From contig SXSK01000351.1 in the NCBI GenBank assembly GCA_005793375.1, positions 90 through 64,089 on the forward strand: a DNA stretch of 64,000 nucleotides. Direction: 5' to 3'. Shown piece by piece: positions 26,822 to 37,002 of the stretch. This stretch comes from Verrucomicrobiales bacterium. GTDB taxonomy: Bacteria > Verrucomicrobiota > Verrucomicrobiia > Limisphaerales > UBA9464. Each line of letters begins with the position of its first letter. Position 1 is the first letter of the stretch. Below the pieces are notes generated by a model that worked only from the letters and a program-made list of their open reading frames with translations, had not been told where the DNA came from and did not search any database. Position numbers and translations under genes: made by a program.

Positions 26822-28987
26822 ATGAAATCACACCTGTTCTGCCTGACCTTGCTAGCCGTTGTCTCGCCGAACTTGCTGGCAGCGGCACCTGAGAAGGCAC
26901 TTCATTGGGCATTTGTTGCGCCGGTCCGACCAGCAGTTCCGCGCCTCGATCCCCAGTGGCGTGCCGCGAACCCCATTGACGCCTTCGTCCACGCGCGGCT
27001 TGCCAAGGACCAGATTCGTCCGTCATCCGAAGCGGACCGCGTGACCCTGATTCGCCGTCTGAGTCTGGATCTCACGGGACTCCCGCCGAGTATCGAGGCA
27101 GTGGATGCTTTCGTTCAGGATCGCGATCCGGACGCCTACGAGCGAGTTGTCGACCAGCTGCTGGCTTCGCCGCACTACGGCGAACGTTGGGGACGGTGGT
27201 GGCTCGATAGCGCGCGTTATGCCGATTCGAATGGTTACAGTGTCGATGCACAGCGTTCGGTTTGGAAGTATCGGGATTGGGTGATTCACGCACTCAATCG
27301 GGACATTTCGTTTGAACAATTCACCCTGTGGCAACTCGCGGGTGATTTGGTCGAAACCAACTCGTTGCCTCCGCGTGCTTCAGCGCTCGAGCCGGTGATT
27401 GCGACCGGCTTCCATCGCAACACTCAGATCAACCAAGAGGGCGGCATCGATCCAGAGCAGTTCCGGGTTGAATCGGTCATGGACCGGGTGAATACCACCG
27501 CCACCGTCTGGCTAGGCATCACACTAGGCTGCGCTCAGTGTCACGATCACAAGTTTGATCCATTCACGCAACGCGAGTATTACCAATTTTACGCGTTCTT
27601 CAATTCCACCGTTGAAGATGGCCACGGCAAGGGAGCGCCTGATGGAATGCTGGAGATTCCGGACGAGATGGAAGGTGCCTCCGATGCGGCTAAGCAACTC
27701 GTCGAGGCTGAAGCGGATATCGAACGTTACCTGAACACCAAAGGGAGTGAGCTTGCAAACTGGGAGCGATCGTTGACGGACGAACAGAAGGCCAAACTCG
27801 AAAATGAGGTGCGCAAGGCGTTGGGCAAGCCGTTTGCCGAAATGGCCGCGAAGCAGAAACGTGTCGTCTTCGCCGCGTTCAAGCCGGACGACGCCGAATT
27901 TAAGCAACGCAACACCAAGCTCGCCCAACTGGAGAGAAGCCAACCGAAGCCAGTGACGACCCTGGTCATGCGAGAATTGCCGAAACCGCGTGAGACTCGC
28001 GTCTTCACCAAGGGCGATTTTACCCGTCCTGCTGCGGCTGTGACTCCCGGCGTACCTGCCATTCTCCACAGCTTCGTGACGCGCACGAATGCGAATCGCG
28101 GTGACCTCGCCCGCTGGTTGGTGGACACCAACAATCCCCTCACGGCGCGTGTCATCGTGAATCGTGTCTGGCAACAATACTTCGGGCGTGGTCTTGTCCA
28201 AACGGAGAATGATTTTGGCGCTCAGGGCTCCGCGCCCACTCATCCCGACTTGTTGGATTGGCTGGCCTGCGAATTCATGCAGCCCACAATTCGACAAGGG
28301 GACAAGCCTGCTCGCTGGTCGCTCAAGCATCTGCACCGACTGATTGTGAACTCTGCCACTTATCGTCAGTCCTCAAAGGCGCGTGCCGATCTAGCCGTCA
28401 ATGACCCCGAGAACCAACTGCTCGCACGCCAGAACCGACTGCGCTTGGACGCTGAGATCGTCCGTGATGTCGGGCTGACCGCAAGCGGCTTGCTGAGTCC
28501 AAGTATCGGCGGTCCGAGCGTGTTTCCTCCCCAGCCTGATGGCGTCATGAATCTCGGCCAATCGCGCCGCGAATGGAAGCCGAGCAGTGGATCGGATCGT
28601 TATCGCCGGGGGATGTACACGTTCTTCTGGCGTGCGACGCCGCATCCAACCCTGAGCGTGTTCGACGCTGCAGATGGATTCAGCACCTGCACCCGGCGCA
28701 TTCGCTCGAACACGCCGCTCCAGGCGCTCACACTATTGAATGACGAGGCGTTCCATGAATTTGCGGAAGCGTTCGCCAACCGCGTCCTTCAATCGGAAAT
28801 CAAGAGTGATACTGACCGCATCGACTACGCCTTCCGTCTTTGCCTTGCCCGCACTCCATCCTCCTCTGAACGTCAGCGATTGATGGACTTATTGAAGCAT
28901 GACTCCGCCGAAGCCAACTCGCCCTCGGCGTGGACCGCCGTTGCGCGCGTGCTCCTCAACCTCGACGAAACCATGACCCGCGAATGA
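26822..28987 (+). CDS. DUF1549/DUF1553 (PSCyt2/PSD1) exported protein without the N-terminal PSCyt1 module
   Basis: 721 aa with the signal MKSHLFCLTLLAVVSPNLLAAAP. Family blocks are present: LIRRLSLDLTGLPPSIEAVDAF, CAQCHDHKFDPFTQREYYQFYAFFN, VNRVWQQYFGRGLV and LQALTLLND. Confidence 0.85.
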   Translation: MKSHLFCLTLLAVVSPNLLAAAPEKALHWAFVAPVRPAVPRLDPQWRAANPIDAFVHARLAKDQIRPSSEADRVTLIRRLSLDLTGLPPSIEAVDAFVQDRDPDAYERVVDQLLASPHYGERWGRWWLDSARYADSNGYSVDAQRSVWKYRDWVIHALNRDISFEQFTLWQLAGDLVETNSLPPRASALEPVIATGFHRNTQINQEGGIDPEQFRVESVMDRVNTTATVWLGITLGCAQCHDHKFDPFTQREYYQFYAFFNSTVEDGHGKGAPDGMLEIPDEMEGASDAAKQLVEAEADIERYLNTKGSELANWERSLTDEQKAKLENEVRKALGKPFAEMAAKQKRVVFAAFKPDDAEFKQRNTKLAQLERSQPKPVTTLVMRELPKPRETRVFTKGDFTRPAAAVTPGVPAILHSFVTRTNANRGDLARWLVDTNNPLTARVIVNRVWQQYFGRGLVQTENDFGAQGSAPTHPDLLDWLACEFMQPTIRQGDKPARWSLKHLHRLIVNSATYRQSSKARADLAVNDPENQLLARQNRLRLDAEIVRDVGLTASGLLSPSIGGPSVFPPQPDGVMNLGQSRREWKPSSGSDRYRRGMYTFFWRATPHPTLSVFDAADGFSTCTRRIRSNTPLQALTLLNDEAFHEFAEAFANRVLQSEIKSDTDRIDYAFRLCLARTPSSSERQRLMDLLKHDSAEANSPSAWTAVARVLLNLDETMTRE

Positions 28988-30453
28988 CCCCGTACGACGA
29001 ACCCTCCGCACTTCAGGATGTGACGCGCCGTTTTTTCTTTAGCCGCTGCGCGGTAGGCCTTGGCTCCATCGCGTTGGGGTCGTTGCTCAGCGGCCAGCGC
29101 ACCTCAGCAAGTACCCCCGGCGCGCTGCTGAATCCTATGTCGCCGCGTCCGCCGATGTTTCCGCCGCGAGCAAAGAACATTATCTATCTCTTCATGGCGG
29201 GTGGTCCGTCGCAATTAGAGCTCTTCGATTTCAAGCCAAAGCTCGTCGAGTTGAACGGTCAACCGATTCCGCAGTCCTTCATCGAAGGCAAGCGGTTCGC
29301 CTTCATGAACAGCAGTCACGGCACAAAATTGCTCGGCACGCGGCGTCAGTTTAGACGCCATGGACAGTCTGGAATGTGGGTTTCCAACCTGTTTCCTCAC
29401 ACCGCGACCATTGTGGACGATGCCACGTTTGTCACCACGTGCGCGGCCGACCTCTTCAATCATGCACCTGCGAAGCTCTTCATGAACACGGGTTCCGGCC
29501 AGTTCGGTCGGCCCAGTATAGGTTCATGGGTCACGTATGGACTCGGCAGCGAGTCGACGGATCTTCCCGGGTTCGTGGTTCTGCAGAGCGGTCCGCGAGG
29601 TCCGCGAGGCGGTGCCGTGAACTGGGCGAGCGGGTTTCTCCCCACCTCTTATCAGGGCGTCCCGTTGCGCGCCACCGGGGATCCAATTCTCAACATCTCC
29701 AGTCCGAAGGGTGTTACTGCCCGGAACCAGCGCGATTGCATCGACGCTGTGCGCGACCTGAACCTTACGCGTTTGGTCGAAACCGGTGACCAAGAGATCT
29801 CGACCCGCATTTCCGCCTACGAAATGGCGTATCGTATGCAATCCAGCGCGCCGGAATTGATCGATCTATCGGGCGAGAGCGAGGCGACTCTCAAACTGTA
29901 TGGGGTGGACAAGGACAGGCCATCGTTCGCGCGGAACTGCCTTCTTGCACGTCGGCTCGTCGAGCGCGGGACGCGTTTTGTGCAACTCTACCATGCGAAC
30001 TGGGACAGCCACGGCGGTCCCGGTGAGAACCTTGAGACTGACATTGAAAAAGTCTGCCTTGAAGTGGATCAGGCCCAGGCTGCGCTCGTTCACGATCTCA
30101 AGGCACGCGGACTGTTGGATGACACCCTCGTGATTTGGGGTGGAGAATTTGGGCGTACACCGATGGGCGAGAACCGTGATACCACGGGTCGTAATCATCA
30201 CATCGATGCGTTTACCATGTGGTTTGCCGGTGGCGGCGTTAAACAAGGAGCCATCGTTGGCCAGACCGATGAACTGGGGTTTAATCCCGCCGCAGATCGC
30301 TGTCACGTTCATGACATCCACGCGACCATACTTCACCTGCTAGGTATCGATCACGAAAAGCTTACTTTCAGACTCCAGGGACGCGACTTTCGCCTAACAG
30401 ATGTTCATGGTGGATTGATTCGCAAAATGCTGTCTGAGGCCAATTCCAGTTAG
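28984..30453 (+). CDS. DUF1501 domain protein, Tat-signal-like N-terminus
   Basis: The start ATG 28984 overlaps the upstream stop (ATGA). It has VTRRFFFSRCAVGLGSIALGSLL and the DUF1501 blocks IIYLFMAGGPSQLELFDFKP, GGEFGRTP, GRNHH and RLTDVHG. Confidence 0.85.
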   Translation: MTPYDEPSALQDVTRRFFFSRCAVGLGSIALGSLLSGQRTSASTPGALLNPMSPRPPMFPPRAKNIIYLFMAGGPSQLELFDFKPKLVELNGQPIPQSFIEGKRFAFMNSSHGTKLLGTRRQFRRHGQSGMWVSNLFPHTATIVDDATFVTTCAADLFNHAPAKLFMNTGSGQFGRPSIGSWVTYGLGSESTDLPGFVVLQSGPRGPRGGAVNWASGFLPTSYQGVPLRATGDPILNISSPKGVTARNQRDCIDAVRDLNLTRLVETGDQEISTRISAYEMAYRMQSSAPELIDLSGESEATLKLYGVDKDRPSFARNCLLARRLVERGTRFVQLYHANWDSHGGPGENLETDIEKVCLEVDQAQAALVHDLKARGLLDDTLVIWGGEFGRTPMGENRDTTGRNHHIDAFTMWFAGGGVKQGAIVGQTDELGFNPAADRCHVHDIHATILHLLGIDHEKLTFRLQGRDFRLTDVHGGLIRKMLSEANSS

Positions 30454-33089
30454 CGGAACATCACGTTCCGTCGGTCGTCTTGGCTGAGGATATAAGCAGT
30501 CAAATCGGCGATTTCTTCCGCGGTTAACAACCCAAGCAAGCCTTCTGGCATGGGCGAGACTTTTGAGAAATCGATAGCCTTCACTTTCTTGCGGTCGATG
30601 GTCTCCTGTTGGAATGGATTGGCGGGGTCGGTGTTGACCATCACGTTGTCATTGTTCAGGTTTACGATGACGCCGGTCACGGTATCGCCGTCGTCCTTCG
30701 TGATCACGATAGGCACGAATTGCTCGTTGATTTCTTTACTTGGATGCAGGATTTGGTCGAGCAGATCACGGGGCGAATAGCGGCCGCCCGCACCGGTGAG
30801 GTCCGGACCAGTCATGCCGCCCTCGTTGCCGAATCGGTGGCAGGCGAAGCAGCCTGTGGCAGCAAACATCCGGCGGCCGTTGTCAAAGCTGCGTTTCTTC
30901 AATCGTTTCTCGATTTGTGGCACCAGCGTGTCGAGCGTCCACTCCGTCGTGGTCATACGTCCGGCCAGAGCCTCAGCCATCTGGGCGAGTGGCGATTTTT
31001 TCTCGGGCTTCCGGGCCAGTACTGGGGCCAGCGCGGCCTTTTCATCAGGGCTCAGACTGGCTTCGGCATCGGTGCGGATGAACTCTAGGAATTTCTCGAA
31101 GCTGGCGCCGCCCCGGTAATTGGCGGCTTTGAGAAACCACTCGAACTGCGCCGTTCGCAATTCGGTCGTCCAGCCCGTCTTGAGGAAGCAAATCGAACGG
31201 GCGTACTCCAATTGCTCTTCCTGCCCTGGGGCATTCCGGATGGCGCCAATGGCCTTGGCGGCGAGGGCGGGGGATTGGAGGGCTGCCAGCGTTTCGCACA
31301 GGAGCCAATTCAGATCGAAGGTCGAGGCTGGGAACTGTGGTTCCAGTTGACTGAGTATGAGTCGGGTACGGGCCTGATCTGGAGATCCGAAGCGGACGAA
31401 ATGGATGCCATAGGTCCGGACCAGTGTAAGACGCGCCGCATGGTTGAGTTTGCGCCAGTCGATCGAAGTGAGCGCGTCGAGAATCTTAGTCCCGAGTAAA
31501 CGGTCGGTTGGAGGATCGGTTGGTCGCAGGTGCTTGGGGTCGATGCCCGCGGAGCGAGTGAGGCCAAAGAGCGCCTCGACTTGCCGGTCGGGATTCTTCT
31601 CGGTCAGCGCGAGGTCTGCCCAAGTGGCGATTGGTTGATGCTCGAGGGCGATGCGGGCAGCCCAACGGATGAAACGGTCCTCGTCATCCAATTCCGGCCA
31701 AGCGGACTTGATTGCCTTGGGGTCGGCCCTTCCGTGAAAGGCTTCGAGCGCATGGCGTTGTGCGCGCGCCCGGGCGCCGGCCGAGGACGCTGCCTTGGCC
31801 GGTGCTGTGGACTCACGGCCGGTATAGGTGACCCGATACAGACCGGACTGCACCTTGCGCCCGCCGATGGTGAAGTACATGGCACCGTCGCTGGGATGAA
31901 TCATGGCGTCGGTGAGCGGAAGCGGTGCGCCGGAGACGAATTCCTCCTTGGTGGCCGTGTAGGTGGAGCCCTCGGGCTTGAGGTGAATTGCGTAAAGTTT
32001 GCCCCAACTCCAGTCGAGAGCGAAGAGAGCGTTCTGGTATTTGGCAGGGAATTTTGCTCCGTAACCAAAGGTGGTGCCAGTGGGTGAACCCGGGCCGATA
32101 TTCAGCGCGGCTGGGAGGTTATCCGGGTAGAATTCCGGACGCTTGCCGGCTCCATTGCGCCACCCCCATTCGCTGCCACTGGTTACATGGTTGATGCGTG
32201 TGGGACGGTACCATGAGGTGTTGAAGTCGTACTCCATGTCCGCGTCGTAGGTGAACAGTTCGCCCTACCGATTGAACGCGCCATCGTAGATGTTGCGGAA
32301 ACCGGACGCGAAGAGTTCCCAGTGTTTTCCATCCGGGGAGAAGCGGTAGATGATGCCGCCGGGAGCGAGTCGGTCGCGATTGTGTCCGCGGCCGTCGGGC
32401 ATGCGAGGCAGCACGTGATCTTCTCCCCAATTGTGTGGCACCAGCGCGGTGTTGACCTCGGTGAGATCGGCGTTGTTACCGGTGATGAGAAACAGTGATT
32501 GGTTGTCGGGGGCGGGCAGGATGGCGTGTACCCCGTGGTCGCCCCCGGCCTTAATGCCTCGCAGGAGCTCGACCTTGTCCAGCTGGTCATCGCCGTTGGA
32601 GTCTGTGATGCGGTAAACGCCACTGGGAATCTTGCGCTCGTAATCGTTCACACCCACGTAGAGTGCGTCAAAGGCCCAGAGCAGGCCGTTGGCGGCTCGG
32701 ATTTGGACTGGCATCTTTTCGATCGTCGACGCATCGAGTGGCTGGTTGGCCGCCGGGGGAGTAAAGCGGTAGAGAGCACCATATTGATCGGCGACAATGA
32801 TACGACCCTTGGGATCGGTGCAAAGAGCGACCCAGGAGCCTTGGTCTCCGCCGGGAACAGAGTATAGCAATTCGACCTGGAAATCCTTGGCCGCCTTGAT
32901 GCGGCTAACTGGCGTGGCCTTGTTTTCGCCGATGGCAATTCCAGAGGCGGCGCGCGGGGCGGGGTCGGCGGCGAAAACAGGGCCAAGCAGCAGACAGTTG
33001 GCGAGCGAGATGGCGGAAACGAGGGCAAGTTTCATGCGTAGAGTGGATAAAACAGCAGCGGCCCGTTCAGGCAATCCGCGACTCGTCAT
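30450..33089 (-). pseudogene. PVC-type membrane-bound-dehydrogenase-domain / HEAT / C-terminal cytochrome c protein, interrupted by one in-frame TAG (32265..32267)
   Basis: ORFs 32265..33089 and 30450..32237 are in the same frame. Translation reads ...[49 protein letters not shown]..., continuous across the stop. The C-terminus has CFACHRFGNEGGMTGPDLTGAG (CxxCH). The N-terminus has the signal MKLALVSAISLANCLLLGPVFA. Confidence 0.75.
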
Positions 33090-33153
33090 TCGGAGTTCCG
33101 TGGACCCCGTCCTCCGGCAGCAGCAGTGTTTCGGTTGACTGGTTAAATTCCGA

Positions 33154-33960
33154 TCACCGCGACAGAGCTCGAATCTCCGGGGCGGAAAGTGGGCGATTGA
33201 AAACCATCAGATCATCGAAAAGGCCCGTGTAATTGATCCCAAGCCGTAGGGTTGTCTTCTGAGGATCCCAGGCGAACGGTTCCGAGAGGGCTGGGGAATC
33301 CCCGATGAGACTACCATTGACGTAGAGTGCAGCTTTACCTTGGGGCGTGCCGAGGGCTTGATGAGTGATAGCGATGTGCGTCCATTTCTCGGCGGCGAAT
33401 GGTGGTTTCCGGACGACGACGAGGCGCTTTTCAAATGCCGCATCCTTGTCGGGCGCGAGATTCAGAGCTTGCCAGGATTTGAGAACACCGAAGACCCCCA
33501 GACGGAAGAGGCGGGGTTTATCGTCCTTGGTGAAGTCCACCCAGATGGCGGAATCATTGTAGGCGTTGTCGGTGAGTTGGAAGGGATCGCAGTAATCGGG
33601 GGCGAGATCTTTGTCGGGATTCAGGGACAGCCAAAAGGAGAGGGTGCCAGCCTGGAAATTGACGTTATTGGCAGCTCGGAAGAAGACTGCATTCTCGTTT
33701 TTACCGGTGAAACGCAAGGCGCCGGAGCCATGACGACCTGCGGCGGAGTCGAGTTTGACCTGGGGTGCTGCGGCGAGGCCTGGAGTTGCTTTGTCTTGCT
33801 GTTTGTAGGACGGGCTCGAGTAGAGTTGGGAGTCCCCCTTGGCTTGATGAGCATTGAGGCCATTGTCGAACGAGGCGTGGAAGAGCAGTCCTTCCGGTGT
33901 CTGGGCAACCATGATTTGGAGCAGAAGCGGGACGATTGCGAAAGAGCGAAGGCGGATCAT
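33154..33960 (-). CDS. Secreted LamG-like (concanavalin A-like lectin/glucanase) domain protein
   Basis: The likely start is MIRLRSFAIVPLLLQIMVAQ (33960). LamG-type blocks are present: GALRFTGKNENAVFF, GTLSFWL, WTHIAITH, ALYVNGSLIG and LFDDLMVFNRPLSAPEI. Confidence 0.75.
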   Translation of the reverse strand: MIRLRSFAIVPLLLQIMVAQTPEGLLFHASFDNGLNAHQAKGDSQLYSSPSYKQQDKATPGLAAAPQVKLDSAAGRHGSGALRFTGKNENAVFFRAANNVNFQAGTLSFWLSLNPDKDLAPDYCDPFQLTDNAYNDSAIWVDFTKDDKPRLFRLGVFGVLKSWQALNLAPDKDAAFEKRLVVVRKPPFAAEKWTHIAITHQALGTPQGKAALYVNGSLIGDSPALSEPFAWDPQKTTLRLGINYTGLFDDLMVFNRPLSAPEIRALSR

Positions 33961-34100
33961 TGGCGCAGTATTTGAATGGCCATAAGCCAATGTCAATCCG
34001 GCACGTTCGCCTTCGACACCTGGTTGAGCGATGACTGGGACACAAGGAATCCAGCGGGTTCGTAAATTGTCAAACAATGAGATGTGACCCCAAATGCCAG

Positions 34101-35435
34101 TTAAGTAGCGTTCCAGACGCGGCCATTAGGATACTCATGATCGGCCAGACTTTGTGGCTTCATCGTCGTGCTGTAACCGGGTAGGGTGGGGGGAATGTAG
34201 GAACCGCCTTTCATTCGGACGGGATCGACAAAGTGCTCATGGAGATGGTCGACATACTCAATCACCCGATGTTCCATGGAACCCGTCACTGCCACATAGT
34301 CGAACAGGCTTAGATGCTGGACGTGTTCACAAAGCCCGACGCCCCCGGCATGGGGACAAACCGGAACCCCAAACTTGGCGGCTAGCAACAGGACTGCGAG
34401 GACTTCGTTGACACCTCCCAGGCGACACGAATCGATCTGGCAGAACCGAATGGCCTTCGCCTGAAGCAGTTGTTTGAACAGCACACGGTTCATGCCGTGC
34501 TCTCCTGTCGCGACTCCAATTCCATACGGCTCCAGCGCCCTCGCAATGGTTGCGTGACCTAAGATGTCGTCGGGAGAGGTGGGTTCTTCGATCCAAAGCG
34601 GTTTGAAACGCGCCAATTCCTTCATCCATTCGATTGCCTGGGGCACATCCCATACTTGGTTCGCATCGGTCATCAGGTAGCGATCCATCCCGATCTCCTC
34701 TCGAATGATGGTGCAACGCCGAATGTCGTCTGGGAGATCGCGGCCCACCTTGATTTTTAGATGAGTCCAGCCTTGGGCTACGGCTTCGCGGCACAGCCGT
34801 CGCAACCGATCATCGTCATAGCCCAACCATCCCGCGCTGGTGGTGTATGCCGGATACCCCGTGGCTTCGACGGTCGCGATGCGTTGCGATTTTGTGGGTG
34901 CCAGCCTCTGAAGCAGATCCAAGGCCTCGGATTGATTCAAGGCATCGGTGATATATCGAAAGTCGATGCAGCGAATGAGTTCCTCCGGGGTGAAATCGAC
35001 CAAAACCCGCCACAATGGCTTGCCCACAGATTTGGCAAACAGATCCCAAAGCGCATTGACCAAGGCAGCCATGGCCAAGTGAATCGCTCCCTTATCCGGA
35101 CCGATCCACCTCAATTGAGAATCGCCGTTTAAGTGGTGCCAGAAGGCCCCGGGGTTTTCGGCGAATTCTTCCAGTGACTTGCCAATCAGCAGATGCTCAT
35201 GAGCCCGAATTGCCGCGCAAACGATGTCGTTGCCTCGCCCGATAGTGAATGACAGTCCATGTCCCTCCAACGGTTCCTGAGTGTTGGTCCCTGGTGGTTG
35301 GACGGCGCAATCGGTGTGAATGACGACGTAGGCAGCGGAGTAGTCGGGATCCGGATTCATTGCGTCCGATCCATCCAGTTGCCGGGAGGTTGGGAATCGA
35401 ATATCGCGAACCGTGAGTGCGGTGAAGCGTGGCAT
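34101..35435 (-). CDS. fucD: L-fuconate dehydratase (enolase superfamily, mandelate racemase subgroup)
   Basis: The N-terminus VRDIRFPTSRQLDGSDAMNPDPDYSAAYVVIHTD closely matches the L-fuconate dehydratase N-terminal block as I remember it. The length (444 aa) fits. Confidence 0.85.
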   Translation of the reverse strand: MPRFTALTVRDIRFPTSRQLDGSDAMNPDPDYSAAYVVIHTDCAVQPPGTNTQEPLEGHGLSFTIGRGNDIVCAAIRAHEHLLIGKSLEEFAENPGAFWHHLNGDSQLRWIGPDKGAIHLAMAALVNALWDLFAKSVGKPLWRVLVDFTPEELIRCIDFRYITDALNQSEALDLLQRLAPTKSQRIATVEATGYPAYTTSAGWLGYDDDRLRRLCREAVAQGWTHLKIKVGRDLPDDIRRCTIIREEIGMDRYLMTDANQVWDVPQAIEWMKELARFKPLWIEEPTSPDDILGHATIARALEPYGIGVATGEHGMNRVLFKQLLQAKAIRFCQIDSCRLGGVNEVLAVLLLAAKFGVPVCPHAGGVGLCEHVQHLSLFDYVAVTGSMEHRVIEYVDHLHEHFVDPVRMKGGSYIPPTLPGYSTTMKPQSLADHEYPNGRVWNAT

Positions 35436-35533
35436 GAGGCTCAGTTTACGCGTGGGGACTTTTGCTGGAAAGCATTGAAAGTTGCTCTGTGACTAAGGAA
35501 GCATAATCTCAGACGGCTTCCGCCACTCTATAA

Positions 35534-35588
35534 GGGGCAAAGCGGCAGAGGGCTGCCGACACTCCAAAGGGGAGCGGCAGAGGGTTTG
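35534..35588 (+). repeat. GC-rich hairpin repeat, copy B (REP-like family), with an internal second half-copy
   Basis: The sequence is GGGGCAAAGCGGCAGAGGGCTGCCGACACTCCAAAGGGGAGCGGCAGAGGGTTTG. It contains the hairpin CGGCAG-AGGG-CTGCCG. It directly abuts the DUF1552 stop codon (35589..35591). Confidence 0.65.
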
Positions 35589-36929
35589 CTAGACCCTGCT
35601 GAAAATCGAGTTGCTGAGGGTACTGGTGCTGTCGGAGAAGCTTTCCTGTTCGATACCCATGGACCGGAGGATCGAGAGATACAGATTGGACATGCGAGTC
35701 TCCCCATGGCGCCAATTGACTCCGTGGCGGAGGCCCATGCCATTGCCGCCGGCGATCAGGGTCGGCAGATTTCGAGGATTATGAGTCGTGCTGGCTCCAC
35801 TCCCGAACAAGACAATGGTGTTATCGAGAACGCTGCCGGCTCGGTCCTTATAGGTGCTCAACTGACTCAAGAAATGAGCCAACTGTTGGCTGAGGAATCG
35901 GTCGTACTTGGCGAACTCCAACTGCCCGGCTTTGTCGCCCGCATGCGACAGGCTGTGGTGTGTGTGCTTGAGGCCTAGCTTGAGCGGAAACGTATCGCTG
36001 ATCCCCATGCCGTCTTCCCGGTTGAGCATGAATGCCACTGAGCGTGTGATGTCGGCGTCAAACGCCAGAGCGATCAAATCGAACATGTTGCGGTAGTATT
36101 CCGCGGGTTCACCCTCGTTGGTTACATCCAGGTTCAGATGAGAGTAGTCCTGTTTTTTGATCGGTATCTCGATCCAACGTTCCGAAGCGATTAGTCGCGA
36201 CTCCACTTCATCCAACGATGTGAGATATTGATCCATTCGTTCGCGGTCAGAACTGCCCAGCTGCCGGTTCAGCGATCGGGCATTTTCAGCGACGGCATCC
36301 ACCAGTTTCATGCGGCGTTTGAATGCGTCGCGCTCGGAAGCCACGGATCCTCGATCTCCACGGAACAATCGATCGAAAACGCGGCGGGGGCTGTTTTCGG
36401 CCGGCACGGGGCGTCCCTCCAAGTTGAAGGAGATGGTGCCAGTTCGCGACAGGAACCCAGTTCCTGCATCGATACTCAGGACCAAGGACGGCTGGCGGCA
36501 GTGTTGTCGGGTATGCAGCGCGACGACTTGATCGAGGCCTGCGGAATTGTAGGTCCCTGGTTTGGGATTGTGCAATGGGGCGCCGGTGAGCCACATGTCC
36601 GAGCAGACGTGAGGGTCGCTCTTGGGGCCGCTCGGATGGTAGAGTCCGCCCATGAAACTGACATGCTTACGGAAAAGGGCCAGCGGTTCGGTCGACTTGC
36701 CGAAAACGAACTCTCCATTTTGTTCCGCGGTGGGGAACCAATGCCATTCTTCAATTCCATGTTCTGTTTTTGGAAGGGCCATTCCGTTGGCTGTGTAGAG
36801 GGCGCAGAACCGGCGAGGAACGGCGTCCGTCGCGTTCTTGCCCATGGCGTCGAGAACTGGCAATGCAAGTGCCATGCCTCCGACACCCTTGAGAAATGCG
36901 CGGCGGTCCAGTCGAAGAGGATTGCTCAT
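35589..36929 (-). CDS. DUF1552 domain protein, Tat-signal-like N-terminus
   Basis: The likely start is [29 protein letters not shown] (36929). It is 446 aa and lies downstream of the DUF1592-family gene, which is the usual pairing. Confidence 0.8.
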   Translation of the reverse strand: MSNPLRLDRRAFLKGVGGMALALPVLDAMGKNATDAVPRRFCALYTANGMALPKTEHGIEEWHWFPTAEQNGEFVFGKSTEPLALFRKHVSFMGGLYHPSGPKSDPHVCSDMWLTGAPLHNPKPGTYNSAGLDQVVALHTRQHCRQPSLVLSIDAGTGFLSRTGTISFNLEGRPVPAENSPRRVFDRLFRGDRGSVASERDAFKRRMKLVDAVAENARSLNRQLGSSDRERMDQYLTSLDEVESRLIASERWIEIPIKKQDYSHLNLDVTNEGEPAEYYRNMFDLIALAFDADITRSVAFMLNREDGMGISDTFPLKLGLKHTHHSLSHAGDKAGQLEFAKYDRFLSQQLAHFLSQLSTYKDRAGSVLDNTIVLFGSGASTTHNPRNLPTLIAGGNGMGLRHGVNWRHGETRMSNLYLSILRSMGIEQESFSDSTSTLSNSIFSRV

Positions 36930-37002
36930 ATTATTTTGGAAGGAGCCAAAGTATCCCAACCATTAAACGCAGTATTCATCAGCAGATGGATCGCAGCCAA
37001 GG

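Noticed and set aside
32265-32267. Interpreting the in-frame TAG as pyrrolysine or programmed read-through
   Set aside because: No pyl genes or recoding signals are visible in the window, and this is not expected in this lineage. A nonsense mutation or a sequence error is the simpler explanation.
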